Source: an uncultured Thiothrix sp. (GTDB lineage Bacteria; Pseudomonadota; Gammaproteobacteria; Thiotrichales; Thiotrichaceae). From it: 64,000 nucleotides of DNA. Positions within the stretch are counted from its first letter, which is position 1, and every line of letters starts with the position of its first letter. A program made the translations under genes and the position numbers. Positions 1 to 9,242 of the stretch are shown here, in pieces. Under the pieces are notes generated by a model. That model was given only the letters and a program-made list of their open reading frames with translations. It had not been told where the DNA came from and searched no databases. Where the stretch lies: the NCBI GenBank assembly GCA_964293005.1, contig CAXYXW010000020.1, positions 3,766 to 67,765 of the forward strand. The letters are read 5' to 3'.

Positions 1-63
1 CAAAAAGGGGTGATTCGGTTATGATAGGGCTTGTGCATGTGAACGGTGGAAGGACGACATGAG

Positions 64-846
64 ATGGGTAAGCTAAAGATAATTCCCCTGCTGCTAGGCA
101 TGGGTTTGCCGCTGGCGGTATCTGCCGGTGAGGTGCAGGTCGCGGTGGCTGCCAATTTTGCCAAGCCTTTGCAGGAAATCGGGATGCAATTTAAGGCGGA
201 AACGGGGCATGAGCTCAAGGTTTCCTCGGGGGCAACCGGCAAGCTGTATGCACAGATTGAGCATGGCGCACCGTTTGAGGTGTTTTTGTCTGCGGATGCG
301 ACCACACCGGGAAAGCTGGTGGAGGCAGGCTTGGCGGAAGCGGATAGCCGCTTTGTGTATGCATTCGGCAAGTTGGCCTTGTGGAGCAGTGACCCGGCGA
401 CGGTTGATGCAGAAGGGGCAGTCTTGCAGGCGAATACCTTCAAGCACCTTGCCATTGCCAACCCCCGGACTGCACCGTATGGCGCGGCTGCCCTCCAGGT
501 TCTGGAAAAGCTCAAGTTGCTGGAGACGCTCAAGCCAAAGTTGGTGCAGGGTGAAAACATTACCCAAGCGTATGATTTTGTCGCCAGCGGCAATGCTGAG
601 TTGGGGTTTGTGGCACTGTCGCAAGTGCAACAGGCGGGCAAGCCTGTCAGCGGCTCATTGTGGCTTGTGCCAGCGGAGTGGTATGCACCGCTGGCGCAAG
701 AGGCTGTCTTGTTGGCGAAAGGCAAGGGCAACCCTGCCGCCCACGCTTTGCTGGACTACCTGAAAACCCCGGCTGCCCAAGCCATGCTGCGTTATAGCTA
801 CGGCTTACCTGACGCGGATACCCCTGCCGCCGTGACCAAGCCTTAA
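64..846 (+). CDS. modA: Molybdate ABC transporter periplasmic substrate-binding protein ModA
   Basis: Signal peptide MGKLKIIPLLLGMGLPLAVSA followed by the typical ModA fold sequence (SSGATGKLYAQIEHGAPFEVFLSAD). It is the first gene of the modABC order. Start could alternatively be the ATG at 46. Confidence 0.85.
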   Translation: MGKLKIIPLLLGMGLPLAVSAGEVQVAVAANFAKPLQEIGMQFKAETGHELKVSSGATGKLYAQIEHGAPFEVFLSADATTPGKLVEAGLAEADSRFVYAFGKLALWSSDPATVDAEGAVLQANTFKHLAIANPRTAPYGAAALQVLEKLKLLETLKPKLVQGENITQAYDFVASGNAELGFVALSQVQQAGKPVSGSLWLVPAEWYAPLAQEAVLLAKGKGNPAAHALLDYLKTPAAQAMLRYSYGLPDADTPAAVTKP

Positions 847-848
847 TC

Positions 849-1517
849 ATGTTCAGCGCCGATGATTGGGCTGCCATTGGGTTGACCTTGAAACTTGCCA
901 GCCTGACCACCTTGATTTTGTTGGTGATCGGTACACCACTGGCCTGGCATTTGGCACATACCCGGCGCTGGTGGAAAGCCCCGATGAATGCCGTGGTCGC
1001 TTTGCCTTTGGTGTTGCCGCCAACGGTCTTGGGCTTCTATCTGCTGGTATTGATGGGGCCAAAAGGCTGGGTCGGGCAATTTACCCAAGCCGTGGGGCTG
1101 GGAACCTTGCCATTTACGTTTACCGGGCTGGTGATTGCCTCCGTCTTGTATTCCCTGCCGTTTGTGGTGCAGCCGATCCAGAACGCGTTTTCCGCACTCG
1201 ACAGCCGTCTGCTGGAAGCCGCCAGTACCCTGCGTGCCAGCCCGCTGGATGCTTTCTTCACTGTTGCCGTGCCGTTGGCTCGTCCCGGTTTTCTGACCGC
1301 GACCATCCTCGGTTTTGCACATACCGTAGGTGAGTTTGGCGTGGTGCTGATGATCGGTGGCAATATTCCGGGGCAAACCCGTGTGGTGTCTGTGCAGATT
1401 TACGACCATGTGGAGGCAATGGATTATGCCGCTGCCCACGGGTTGGCGGGTGGGATGGTGGCATTTGCCTTTGTGGTGCTGCTGTTGATGTATGGGTTGA
1501 ACCGGGGGCGGGGGTAG
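849..1517 (+). CDS. modB: Molybdate ABC transporter permease ModB
   Basis: Multi-TM permease with an ABC transmembrane (EAA-like) region, directly following modA. Confidence 0.85.
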   Translation: MFSADDWAAIGLTLKLASLTTLILLVIGTPLAWHLAHTRRWWKAPMNAVVALPLVLPPTVLGFYLLVLMGPKGWVGQFTQAVGLGTLPFTFTGLVIASVLYSLPFVVQPIQNAFSALDSRLLEAASTLRASPLDAFFTVAVPLARPGFLTATILGFAHTVGEFGVVLMIGGNIPGQTRVVSVQIYDHVEAMDYAAAHGLAGGMVAFAFVVLLLMYGLNRGRG

Positions 1518-1529
1518 TAGGGTGGCTAT

Positions 1530-2633
1530 GTGTTATGCATGGGGGCGCGGCAAATTGTGAGTGCTTTGGTTGCCCGTTTCCGTTTGCCCTTGTCCGGTTT
1601 TGAGCTGGATGTTGACCTGGAGCTGCCTGCCCGTGGCGTGATTGTTCTGTCAGGTGCTTCTGGTTCCGGCAAAACGGTGCTGATGCGCTGCATTGCCGGG
1701 TTGGAGCGTGCCCCGGAGGGGTTTTGTGCAGTCAATGGTGCAGTTTGGCAGGACAGCCGCCAAGGGCAGTTTTTACCGACGCATCAGCGCCCCTTGGGGT
1801 ATGTGTTTCAGGAGTCGCGCCTGTTCCCGCACTTGAGCGTGCGGCGCAATCTGGAGTATGGGCGCAAGCGGGTCAGGACGGGGCTTCCGGCAGATGGCTT
1901 GGGGCAGGCGATTGACTTGCTGGGGATTGGACATTTATTGGAGCGGATGCCGGAGAGGCTGTCAGGTGGGGAGCGGCAACGGGTGGCGATTGCCCGTGCC
2001 TTGGCCTTATCCCCGCAAGTGCTGTTGATGGATGAGCCATTGGCAGCCCTGGATGCCGCCCGTAAACAGGAAATCCTGCCATTCCTGCGCCGTTTGCAGG
2101 CCGAACTGCACATTCCGGTGCTGTATATCACCCATTCACCCCGCGAAGTGACCCAACTCGCTGATTATCTGGTGGTATTGGAGCAGGGCAGGGTGCAGGC
2201 CAGTGGTACGCTGGCGGATGTCTTCACCCGGCTGGATTCACCGTTGGCACAGGGCAACCGGGCTTCGACCGTGCTGAGTGCCGAAGTCTGTGGGCATGAG
2301 CCAGCTTACCAGTTAACCCACCTGCGTTTTGCCGGGGGTGTGCTGAGTGTGCCACATCCACCCTTGCCGCTGGGGATAATGGTGCGCTTGCGCATTTATG
2401 CCCGTGATGTCAGCCTCAGCCGCGAACTACCACCCCTGTCCAGCAATACCAATCTTTTCAGCGCCCAAATCGACGGCATGCGGGATGATACCCAGGGTTA
2501 TACCGCTGTGCGGTTGCAATTCGGTGGGACTGTGGTGTTGGCGCATATCACCCGCAAAGCTGCTGCCGGGTTGGGTTTACAGGTCGGGATGGTGGTCTAT
2601 GCACAGGTGCAGGGGGCGGCGGTTTTGGGGTAG
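1530..2633 (+). CDS. modC: Molybdate ABC transporter ATP-binding protein ModC
   Basis: Walker A GASGSGKT, ABC signature LSGGERQRVAIARAL, and a C-terminal TOBE-like domain. Third gene of modABC. Confidence 0.85.
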   Translation: MLCMGARQIVSALVARFRLPLSGFELDVDLELPARGVIVLSGASGSGKTVLMRCIAGLERAPEGFCAVNGAVWQDSRQGQFLPTHQRPLGYVFQESRLFPHLSVRRNLEYGRKRVRTGLPADGLGQAIDLLGIGHLLERMPERLSGGERQRVAIARALALSPQVLLMDEPLAALDAARKQEILPFLRRLQAELHIPVLYITHSPREVTQLADYLVVLEQGRVQASGTLADVFTRLDSPLAQGNRASTVLSAEVCGHEPAYQLTHLRFAGGVLSVPHPPLPLGIMVRLRIYARDVSLSRELPPLSSNTNLFSAQIDGMRDDTQGYTAVRLQFGGTVVLAHITRKAAAGLGLQVGMVVYAQVQGAAVLG

Positions 2634-2651
2634 TTTTCAGGGGGATATAAT

Positions 2652-3674
2652 TTGACGCAAACTGATAACCAAACCCAAACTGGGGGTCGGCTGGTCTGGA
2701 TAACAAAAACGACAAGGGCGGGTGATACGAATGCGCGTATTGGTATTGCCGAGCATATCGGTGGGGTGTTTTTTGAGCTGGATATTCCCACGGCGTTTTG
2801 TACCTTAGCGCAGGTGAGGGAGCGTTTGTGCCAATCCCATCTTATTACTGCGGAGAATAACCGTTGGCCTGATGTCGTCATTGGCCCATGTTTCCATATA
2901 CCTTACATGCAAATGATCAAGACCCTATCGGGAAATAAAACGCGGGTTGTTGCCTTGCGCCCGCCTGTCCGTGGGTTGACAATAAAAGCCAATCAACATG
3001 ATATTGAAAAAACAGATATTATTGTCAGTTATCCTTATCATGATAATCAGGGTATCCCGAATCTCTTGCTCTGTGAGCTAATCGCAAACCGGGTCACTGC
3101 CAAGCAGTTGCAGGCTGCAAAGCGGCAATGGTCGGCTGTTTTTGCACGGTTTTCCAGACATGCCCCGGTCATTGGTTTGCTGATGGGGGGCGATGTTGGT
3201 GAGCAGCGCCGGATATTCTCTGCGGCTATCGCTCAGGGGCTGGGGGCTATGGTTAATACAATGGCAACACAAATGAATAGTTCGCTGATCATAAGTGTGT
3301 CGGCACGTACTTCGGGTGAGGCTCAGGAGGCATTGTGCTCACAAATGACTGTCCCCTATTATTTATATGACCCAAAGTATACGCCCGGTGATAACCCTTA
3401 TTTTGGCATATTGGCTACGGCTGATTATATTGTGGTGACGGCTGATTCCATTTCCATGTGTTGTGAGGCAGTCGCTAGCGGTAAGCCGGTTTATATATTT
3501 TATGATCCTGATATTGTGGAGGATGCCCACCACGCCATGGTGTCTTGTTTGGTAAAGAAAGGGTATGCCCGTTTACTCAATCAGGCAGCGATGCTGGAAA
3601 GGTTTTCGTATACCCCTGAGAACAGCGCCCGTCTTATTGCCGACAAGGTGCATGCGCTTTTAAGTAGCCGGTGA
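2652..3674 (+). CDS. ELM1/DUF1022-family protein (putative nucleotide-sugar-dependent transferase-like)
   Basis: The N-terminus RLVWITKTTRAGDTNARIGIAEHIGG resembles the ELM1-family signature (DGKAGHENQSLGLAEAL). About 340 aa. Probable TTG start. Local GC is lower than the flanks. Confidence 0.4.
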   Translation: MTQTDNQTQTGGRLVWITKTTRAGDTNARIGIAEHIGGVFFELDIPTAFCTLAQVRERLCQSHLITAENNRWPDVVIGPCFHIPYMQMIKTLSGNKTRVVALRPPVRGLTIKANQHDIEKTDIIVSYPYHDNQGIPNLLLCELIANRVTAKQLQAAKRQWSAVFARFSRHAPVIGLLMGGDVGEQRRIFSAAIAQGLGAMVNTMATQMNSSLIISVSARTSGEAQEALCSQMTVPYYLYDPKYTPGDNPYFGILATADYIVVTADSISMCCEAVASGKPVYIFYDPDIVEDAHHAMVSCLVKKGYARLLNQAAMLERFSYTPENSARLIADKVHALLSSR

Positions 3675-3730
3675 CTTTATAAGCCCACCAGCCCCAACTT
3701 ACTGTTGGAGCCAGTGGGTAATCATGGTTA

Positions 3731-5002
3731 TCAGGCGAAGGTATCCCCAAACAGGCTGCTTGACCATTCAAACATCTTTTTGTAGTTCTTTGAGCTTGCG
3801 CCGTTGGATGCACCATACGATTCCGGCACGAGTTTCATGCTGTTGCTGGCGGCATCATAAGCAAAGACGGCGGTTAGCCAGGAAGCAGTGGTGGAGCTGA
3901 TCGGGCTGTAACAGGCTGAGTTGGTCGTGGGGTTGGCATAGGGCTGCCCACCGGACAAGAGCCGCAAGATCGCATCCGCACAGACTTTGGCTTCTGCATT
4001 GGCGATATGTCCGGCCTTGGGTTGCCCGGTTCCTTGTGAGTCGCCAATGATGTGGATGCCTGCAACTGCGGTTGATTCATAACTGAGCGGGTTCACATTT
4101 GCCCAATCGCCGGTTGTGCTATTAGCCAAGCCGCTAGCGCGGACGATGCTGCCTGCCTGGTGGGGTGGGATGATATTGAGGGTTCCGGCCTGATAATCGC
4201 CGAAGCTGGTCACTGCAATTTTCCGGTTGGAGTCGACGGATTGCAGGATAGCATTGGGCACATATTCAACGACCCCGGCATAGGTGCGGGTGAAGGCGTA
4301 ATTGAAGGTGTCCTTTTCCACGGTAATATCCGGGTTGCCATCCAGCACGATCACCCGTGACCCTGGTTTGTTGCGTTTGAGATAGTCAGCGACGACGCAC
4401 GCCCGTTCATAAGGCCCAGGGGGGCAGCGGTAAGGTGCTTTGGGGATGCTCATGACAAAGTGGCTGCCAGCCCGCATGGTAAGCAATTGCTTGCGTAAGA
4501 TATTGACAGGCGCACCAGATTGCCACGCATGCGGGATTTTGGTGCTGTCCAAACCGGGTACAGCCTTGAAACTGATGCCCGGTGCGAGGATCAGGCGCTC
4601 GTAACCGAGGGTTTTACCGTTGGCGAGTTTGACTGTGCGGCTGGCACTATTGATGGCAGTGACGGTGCTGCGTACCACGGTGATGCCATATTTTTGTGCC
4701 AATGGCGTATAACTGAATTTCAGTTGGTTGAGGGTGCGTTGCCCATTCAATACCAAATTGCTCAGGATCGGTGATGCATAAGTGGCATTTGGCTCCACTA
4801 AGGTGACATCGACGCTGTTGTTTGACCACAGGCGCAGGTATTTGGCAGCAGTTGCCCCGGCAAAGCCGCCCCCGACGACAATCACCCGTGGGCGGGTGAC
4901 GGCGGCATGGGTCAGGCCAGCAGGCAGGGCAAAAGCCCCCACCCCCAGGCCAAGGGTGGTCAGGAAGCTACGGCGGGAAAGGGTCTGTTTGTCTTGGTTC
5001 AT
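3731..5002 (-). CDS. fccB: Flavocytochrome c sulfide dehydrogenase flavoprotein subunit FccB
   Basis: Tat signal SRRSFLTTLGLGVGAFA, an FAD-binding motif VIVVGGGFAGATAAKYL, and overall similarity to FCSD/SoxF flavoproteins. Immediately downstream of a monoheme cytochrome c gene. Confidence 0.8.
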   Translation of the reverse strand: MNQDKQTLSRRSFLTTLGLGVGAFALPAGLTHAAVTRPRVIVVGGGFAGATAAKYLRLWSNNSVDVTLVEPNATYASPILSNLVLNGQRTLNQLKFSYTPLAQKYGITVVRSTVTAINSASRTVKLANGKTLGYERLILAPGISFKAVPGLDSTKIPHAWQSGAPVNILRKQLLTMRAGSHFVMSIPKAPYRCPPGPYERACVVADYLKRNKPGSRVIVLDGNPDITVEKDTFNYAFTRTYAGVVEYVPNAILQSVDSNRKIAVTSFGDYQAGTLNIIPPHQAGSIVRASGLANSTTGDWANVNPLSYESTAVAGIHIIGDSQGTGQPKAGHIANAEAKVCADAILRLLSGGQPYANPTTNSACYSPISSTTASWLTAVFAYDAASNSMKLVPESYGASNGASSKNYKKMFEWSSSLFGDTFA

Positions 5003-5052
5003 GCTAATGTCCTCAGGGTAATGATGATGTGGTTTGTGGAGTGGGATGCCAA

Positions 5053-5469
5053 TTAATCGTCATTCCCGCTGCTCCCATTGCTGCCCCCACCGAGGCTGGC
5101 GATATAGGCTGCAATCATCTGGATTTGCACATCGGTATAACCCCGTGCCTGATAGTGCATCAGGTCATTATCGGCCTCTGCCTTCATTTCACGCATTTCT
5201 TGCAATAGCTCGTTTTCACTTTCCCCGGCAAGGCTATCTATCCCGGTGGTGGATTGCCCATTTGTACCGTGGCATTGGAAGCATTGTGAGGCTAGCAGGC
5301 GTGAGCCATCAGGGATAACCGCACCCGCACGGGTGAAGTTTGTGTTGGCAGAGTCTGTCCCCGTATAATCGGCTGCATAGGCCGTGTTGAAAGCGCCATC
5401 TTCCCCGCAGGCAGACAGCAATAAACCAGCCGCCATCAGCAGCGTGGCCTTGAGGTTCGTTTTCATCAT
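5053..5469 (-). CDS. fccA: c-type cytochrome, probable flavocytochrome c cytochrome subunit FccA
   Basis: Lipoprotein-type signal (LLLSAC) and a single CXXCH motif (CFQCH). Located directly upstream of fccB on the same strand. Confidence 0.6.
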   Translation of the reverse strand: MMKTNLKATLLMAAGLLLSACGEDGAFNTAYAADYTGTDSANTNFTRAGAVIPDGSRLLASQCFQCHGTNGQSTTGIDSLAGESENELLQEMREMKAEADNDLMHYQARGYTDVQIQMIAAYIASLGGGSNGSSGNDD

Positions 5470-5547
5470 ATCGCTCCGTTTTCAAAAGTGCTTGCCCGTC
5501 AGGGCAGGTGAGTCTGCCCGGCAGTACCAATGCCGGGCTTTTTAGCT

Positions 5548-7014
5548 TCAATCGTCGCCGTTTGTGATCTCCAGCTTGTTGGCCTGTAGCCAATTGCTCC
5601 CCAGATCCGTGCCTTCCACCTGGACGATGCTTTGTCCTGCAACGAGTGCAGCAAAAAAGTCATTGCGGCTGAGGCTCACGCCACTAGCCGATTCAAATTC
5701 AGTCTGGTCATTGACCAGAATCGAAATACCCATAATGCTCAAGATGCCATTTGCAGCATCCACCTGGCTGACAACCCCCTGCAATTCGCGCTCGCCACTG
5801 GCATCCGGCGTTTCGCGGTCGATGCGCAGGGCAAGCAATTGACCATTTGCCAATGGCATGGCCTTGACTTCGAGCAGGTCGTTGACGCGCAGGTCAGCAA
5901 AGCGGATGGATACATCCTCATCATTGACCTCCTCCAGCAAGATGGTGCGGGTATCAACCATCAGGGTATTGCCCATCAGGGTCAGGGTTTGGCTGGCTGT
6001 ATCCAGGGAGCTGATCGTGCCTTCCAGTTTAAGGGGGGCTGTGCCGCTGGTTTGACGGATGGATATTTCTTCTGCCACCAGTTCACCGGCTGCATTGGCT
6101 GTACCTTCCACCTCGATATGGGCATTGAGCTTCAGGTCACTCACCGTACCGTGTTCATATTCGGTATTTGCCGTGGTCACAATAGCTTGCCCATTCAGCA
6201 GGAAGCGGGAAGGGTGGGCAAAGGCGGTAATCAACCCTTCCAGCTCAATTTTTGTGCCATTGCTAAAGGCAGGGTAGGCGCTCTCCGCACTGACCAGGCT
6301 GGCTAATAAGTGTTGGTTTTGCACGGCCTGCTGGCTGGTGACTTGCACGTATTGGTTCACTGTGGGCTGTCCGCCGGGTAAGGCGTTGAGCATTGCCTGG
6401 CTGTAATCAATGGTCAGCCCATGCAGGACGAAGGTTTGGTTCATGCTGTCCACCTGGCTGATATAGCCTGCCAACACCTGGCTGGAAACTCCGGGGGTGA
6501 AGCTGCTTGCTCGCCGTGTGATGCTGCTGGCACGGATGACCCCTTGTGCATCCCGTACCCCGGACACTTCCAGCATATTGCCGACTACGACCTCAGTGAG
6601 CAGGGAAAAGCCGTGGAACAAGGTCAGGCTATCGGCATGCACGGTTTGTCCAAGCAGGGTCAGGTTGTTGCCGTTATGGGCAGTGACCATCCCATACAGG
6701 CTCCTGCTGGCCTCAACCTGCTGGGCGACCCCGTTGATGCCATCGCTCTGGATCGTGCCGTAGATGGTGACAATTTCCCCGATCTGGTAGGCATTTTGCC
6801 CGCCCACGAGCGCACCATCACGGTAGAAGTGCGCGGTACTGACATCGTAGCGCACCCCATTCTGGATAATGCTGCCAAAACCCGTAATGGGCCCGAGTGA
6901 AATGCCTGTACCACCGATACCACCCTCTGCCAGTTGGGTATCTGCACAGCCTGCCAGCCATCCCAGCAGGAAGAGGCTGGCAGCGGTGCGTTGCAGGAGG
7001 TGTTTAACGTTCAT
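5548..7014 (-). CDS. Lipoprotein with repeated beta-rich domains (DUF5666-like), unknown function
   Basis: Lipobox LAGCADT. Internal repeats of roughly 100 aa with G-rich motifs (GGIGGTGISLGPITGFGSI...). Overlaps the upstream gene by 4 nt (ATGA). Confidence 0.45.
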   Translation of the reverse strand: MNVKHLLQRTAASLFLLGWLAGCADTQLAEGGIGGTGISLGPITGFGSIIQNGVRYDVSTAHFYRDGALVGGQNAYQIGEIVTIYGTIQSDGINGVAQQVEASRSLYGMVTAHNGNNLTLLGQTVHADSLTLFHGFSLLTEVVVGNMLEVSGVRDAQGVIRASSITRRASSFTPGVSSQVLAGYISQVDSMNQTFVLHGLTIDYSQAMLNALPGGQPTVNQYVQVTSQQAVQNQHLLASLVSAESAYPAFSNGTKIELEGLITAFAHPSRFLLNGQAIVTTANTEYEHGTVSDLKLNAHIEVEGTANAAGELVAEEISIRQTSGTAPLKLEGTISSLDTASQTLTLMGNTLMVDTRTILLEEVNDEDVSIRFADLRVNDLLEVKAMPLANGQLLALRIDRETPDASGERELQGVVSQVDAANGILSIMGISILVNDQTEFESASGVSLSRNDFFAALVAGQSIVQVEGTDLGSNWLQANKLEITNGDD

Positions 7015-7847
7015 GTCCGGTTTCCTTTGTCTTCTGTATCCGCCGGAGGGATAACCGGCTCCTCAAAATAATAAATGCCGACACCTGCCCGCATCCGCCC
7101 CTGCCCACCGGCATCCGGGTTGCGGTCACGGTCATGCTGGGCGAGCCAGTTGTTGAATTTCACCAACAAGGCCATGCCATCCTGATTGACCATCTGCTGG
7201 AACTGATCCAGCACCCCGACCGGCAAGTTGTCATAGCTGACCTTACGCTGGAAACGCCGCTCATGGCTGGCTGCTTGCAGGTTATGGTCAATGGTATTGA
7301 TCAGCAGGCTGACATCGGCTGCGAGGATGGACAGCTTTTCATCCTCATGGCCTTGCGGGATATAAGCATCGGTCAATAACTGCACCTTACCGTCCGGGGT
7401 AGCTGTGACCACACCACTTTGTACCAGCTCCCGCAACATGGCACGGCAGGGCATATCACCACTGTAACGGCAGACCAGTTGTTCAAAACTTTGACCGGGG
7501 CCGTGCAAGGCCAGTTCAGCCGCTTGACCGTCTGCGGTATTGAAGTCCGGGTCATTCAACCAGCCACCAATCACCCGTACCCCCCGGTTGTAACGGGCGG
7601 CAGTTACCACATTGCCTGCTCCCGTGTGGCGCAACTGCGCGACTTCCTTGCGGGTCAGGCCGGTGGTGATGGCAATGCGGGAGCTGGTTGCCTTTTCCCC
7701 ATTGCCCAATAAGGCCTCTTCTGCCATTTCGACATAAACTTTCCGCGCAAGTTGGCTGAACTCGCCGAACGCAATCCCTTTCCGGTGGAGGATGCGGATC
7801 AGTGGGCGCAGGACATGCAGGATGACTTGATGCAAAAGAGTGTTCAT
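7011..7847 (-). CDS. Hypothetical protein with a putative HTH segment (ITTGLTRKEVAQL)
   Basis: ORF 7011..7904; the probable start is the MNTLLHQ ATG at 7845-7847. Upstream of, and overlapping by 4 nt, the lipoprotein gene on the same strand. Confidence 0.4.
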   Translation of the reverse strand: MNTLLHQVILHVLRPLIRILHRKGIAFGEFSQLARKVYVEMAEEALLGNGEKATSSRIAITTGLTRKEVAQLRHTGAGNVVTAARYNRGVRVIGGWLNDPDFNTADGQAAELALHGPGQSFEQLVCRYSGDMPCRAMLRELVQSGVVTATPDGKVQLLTDAYIPQGHEDEKLSILAADVSLLINTIDHNLQAASHERRFQRKVSYDNLPVGVLDQFQQMVNQDGMALLVKFNNWLAQHDRDRNPDAGGQGRMRAGVGIYYFEEPVIPPADTEDKGNRT

Positions 7848-7851
7848 TTGT

Positions 7852-7865
7852 GGGAATTTATTCCC
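7852..7865. promoter_or_regulatory. Perfect 14 bp palindrome GGGAATTTATTCCC in a divergent promoter region
   Basis: Seen directly in the sequence, between the start of the 7011..7847 gene and the start of the LuxR-type gene at 7922. Confidence 0.3.
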
Positions 7866-7921
7866 AAAAACTGCCAAATGCAATAAGATAAATGTCCTAT
7901 ACAAGGATGGAAGGTGAAAAA

Positions 7922-8428
7922 ATGTTCAATTTTCGCGTACAAGAATTGTTTTTTGTGGTTTTGTTGGTGGTGATTACCCTCATGACTACTGCTGATCTGG
8001 TGGCTGATTATGCAGAGGGAACGGATAACTGGCATTTGTTGGTGGAGGCCTTGGTGGTTGTGGTATCGGTTTTTGGCATTGGTTTTCTGTTGCGTGAATA
8101 CATGCGGCGGCAACGTGAGCTGGAAAACCTGAGCATGCAGTTGGAGCAGTCCAATGAAAACCTCTCCGAATCACGCGCCCAACTACAGGCTGCCGGGCGT
8201 GAATACCAGCAGGTTATCCAGAAACAGTTCGATGAGTGGCAGTTTACCCCCAGCGAGAAGGAAGTGGCTGCCTTGCTGCTGAAAGGTTTGAGCTTCGACG
8301 AGATTGCCAGCGTGCGTGACACCAAGGAGAAGACTGTGCGCCAACAGGCCACCGCCATTTACCGCAAGGCGGGGCTAAATGGGCGGCATGAGTTTGCGGC
8401 GTGGTTTTTTGAGGATTTTCTGGGGTAG
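7922..8428 (+). CDS. Membrane-anchored LuxR/GerE-family HTH transcriptional regulator
   Basis: Two N-terminal TM helices and a coiled-coil segment. The C-terminal LuxR-type HTH is EKEVAALLLKGLSFDEIASVRDTKEKTVRQQATAIYRKAGL. An RBS-like ggaaggtg precedes the ATG at 7922. Confidence 0.6.
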   Translation: MFNFRVQELFFVVLLVVITLMTTADLVADYAEGTDNWHLLVEALVVVVSVFGIGFLLREYMRRQRELENLSMQLEQSNENLSESRAQLQAAGREYQQVIQKQFDEWQFTPSEKEVAALLLKGLSFDEIASVRDTKEKTVRQQATAIYRKAGLNGRHEFAAWFFEDFLG

Positions 8429-8492
8429 AGGCTGAGGATCAGCCGGTGTCACTGATCCTCCTGTCAGGCGAGGGATTGCTTTTATGCCTTGC

Positions 8493-9041
8493 TTATTTCG
8501 ACCAGGCCGGAGTCATGCGTTGCAAGGTCTTGTCCTTGACCACGTAATGGTGGAACAGGGCAGCAGCAGCATGCAGGCCAATCAGGAAATAGCCCAAGGT
8601 TCCGCCCGTTTCGTGCAATTCCTCAAAGGTTTCGACCAGTTCGGGGTTGGCACTGACCAAGGCAGGCAGTTCCAGCCCGAAGAAGGGGATCACTTTCCCT
8701 TTGGCGCTCAAATACAACCAGCCCAGTAGTGGCAAGCCAACCATCAGGCCATAGAGTGCCAAATGCATGAATTTGGCAAACCATTTTTGCCAGCCTTGTG
8801 TCGCCGCCGCCGGTGGTGCAGGGTAAATAAAACGGACAGCAATACGGATAAATACCAGCAGCATAATGCTCAAACCCAGCATGAAGTGCCATGCTTTGAG
8901 CATTTCGCGGGGGTCACTGCCTTTCGGGAAAAACACCCGCAGTTCGATGCAGGCATAGACCGCTACCAGCATTAGCAGCATCAGCCAGTGCAGGCCAATT
9001 GACAGGGGGTTATAACGTTCTGGGTTGTTTGTTGTGCTCAT
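8493..9041 (-). CDS. Cytochrome b561 family protein
   Basis: Four-TM protein with conserved His ligands (LSIGLHW..., HFMLG, HLALYGLM, LHAAAALFHH). CybB-like. Confidence 0.8.
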   Translation of the reverse strand: MSTTNNPERYNPLSIGLHWLMLLMLVAVYACIELRVFFPKGSDPREMLKAWHFMLGLSIMLLVFIRIAVRFIYPAPPAAATQGWQKWFAKFMHLALYGLMVGLPLLGWLYLSAKGKVIPFFGLELPALVSANPELVETFEELHETGGTLGYFLIGLHAAAALFHHYVVKDKTLQRMTPAWSK

Positions 9042-9242
9042 CGGGTTCTACTTCGGTTGATAATGTTTGCGAAGGGGCACTATGCCGCCGATACCGGACG
9101 AATACCATTGGGCAGATGGCCTATCTCCAAAGCTGTTGGGATGCCGAAGCATGCTATCCGACAAATATCCAATGCATGTAAATACGTGTAAATATGCGTA
9201 TCTAATGCGCAATTTTATGGCTGTCTGGGTGGGGAATGGGAG

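Noticed and set aside
1-63. Possible ModE operator upstream of modA
   Set aside because: The upstream region visible in the window is too short and I could not match a convincing ModE box.
94-763. ORFs 94..630 (-) and 128..763 (+) overlapping modA
   Set aside because: They lie entirely within the well-supported modA reading frame. They are Arg/Cys-rich translations typical of out-of-frame GC-rich sequence.
843-1439. ORFs 843..1439 (-), 866..1333 (+) and 1037..1363 (-) overlapping modB
   Set aside because: Antisense or out-of-frame to the modB permease. No recognisable features.
5632-6306. 224 aa + strand ORF antisense to the repeat-domain lipoprotein
   Set aside because: Antisense to a gene with a strong lipoprotein signal. 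Low-complexity translation.
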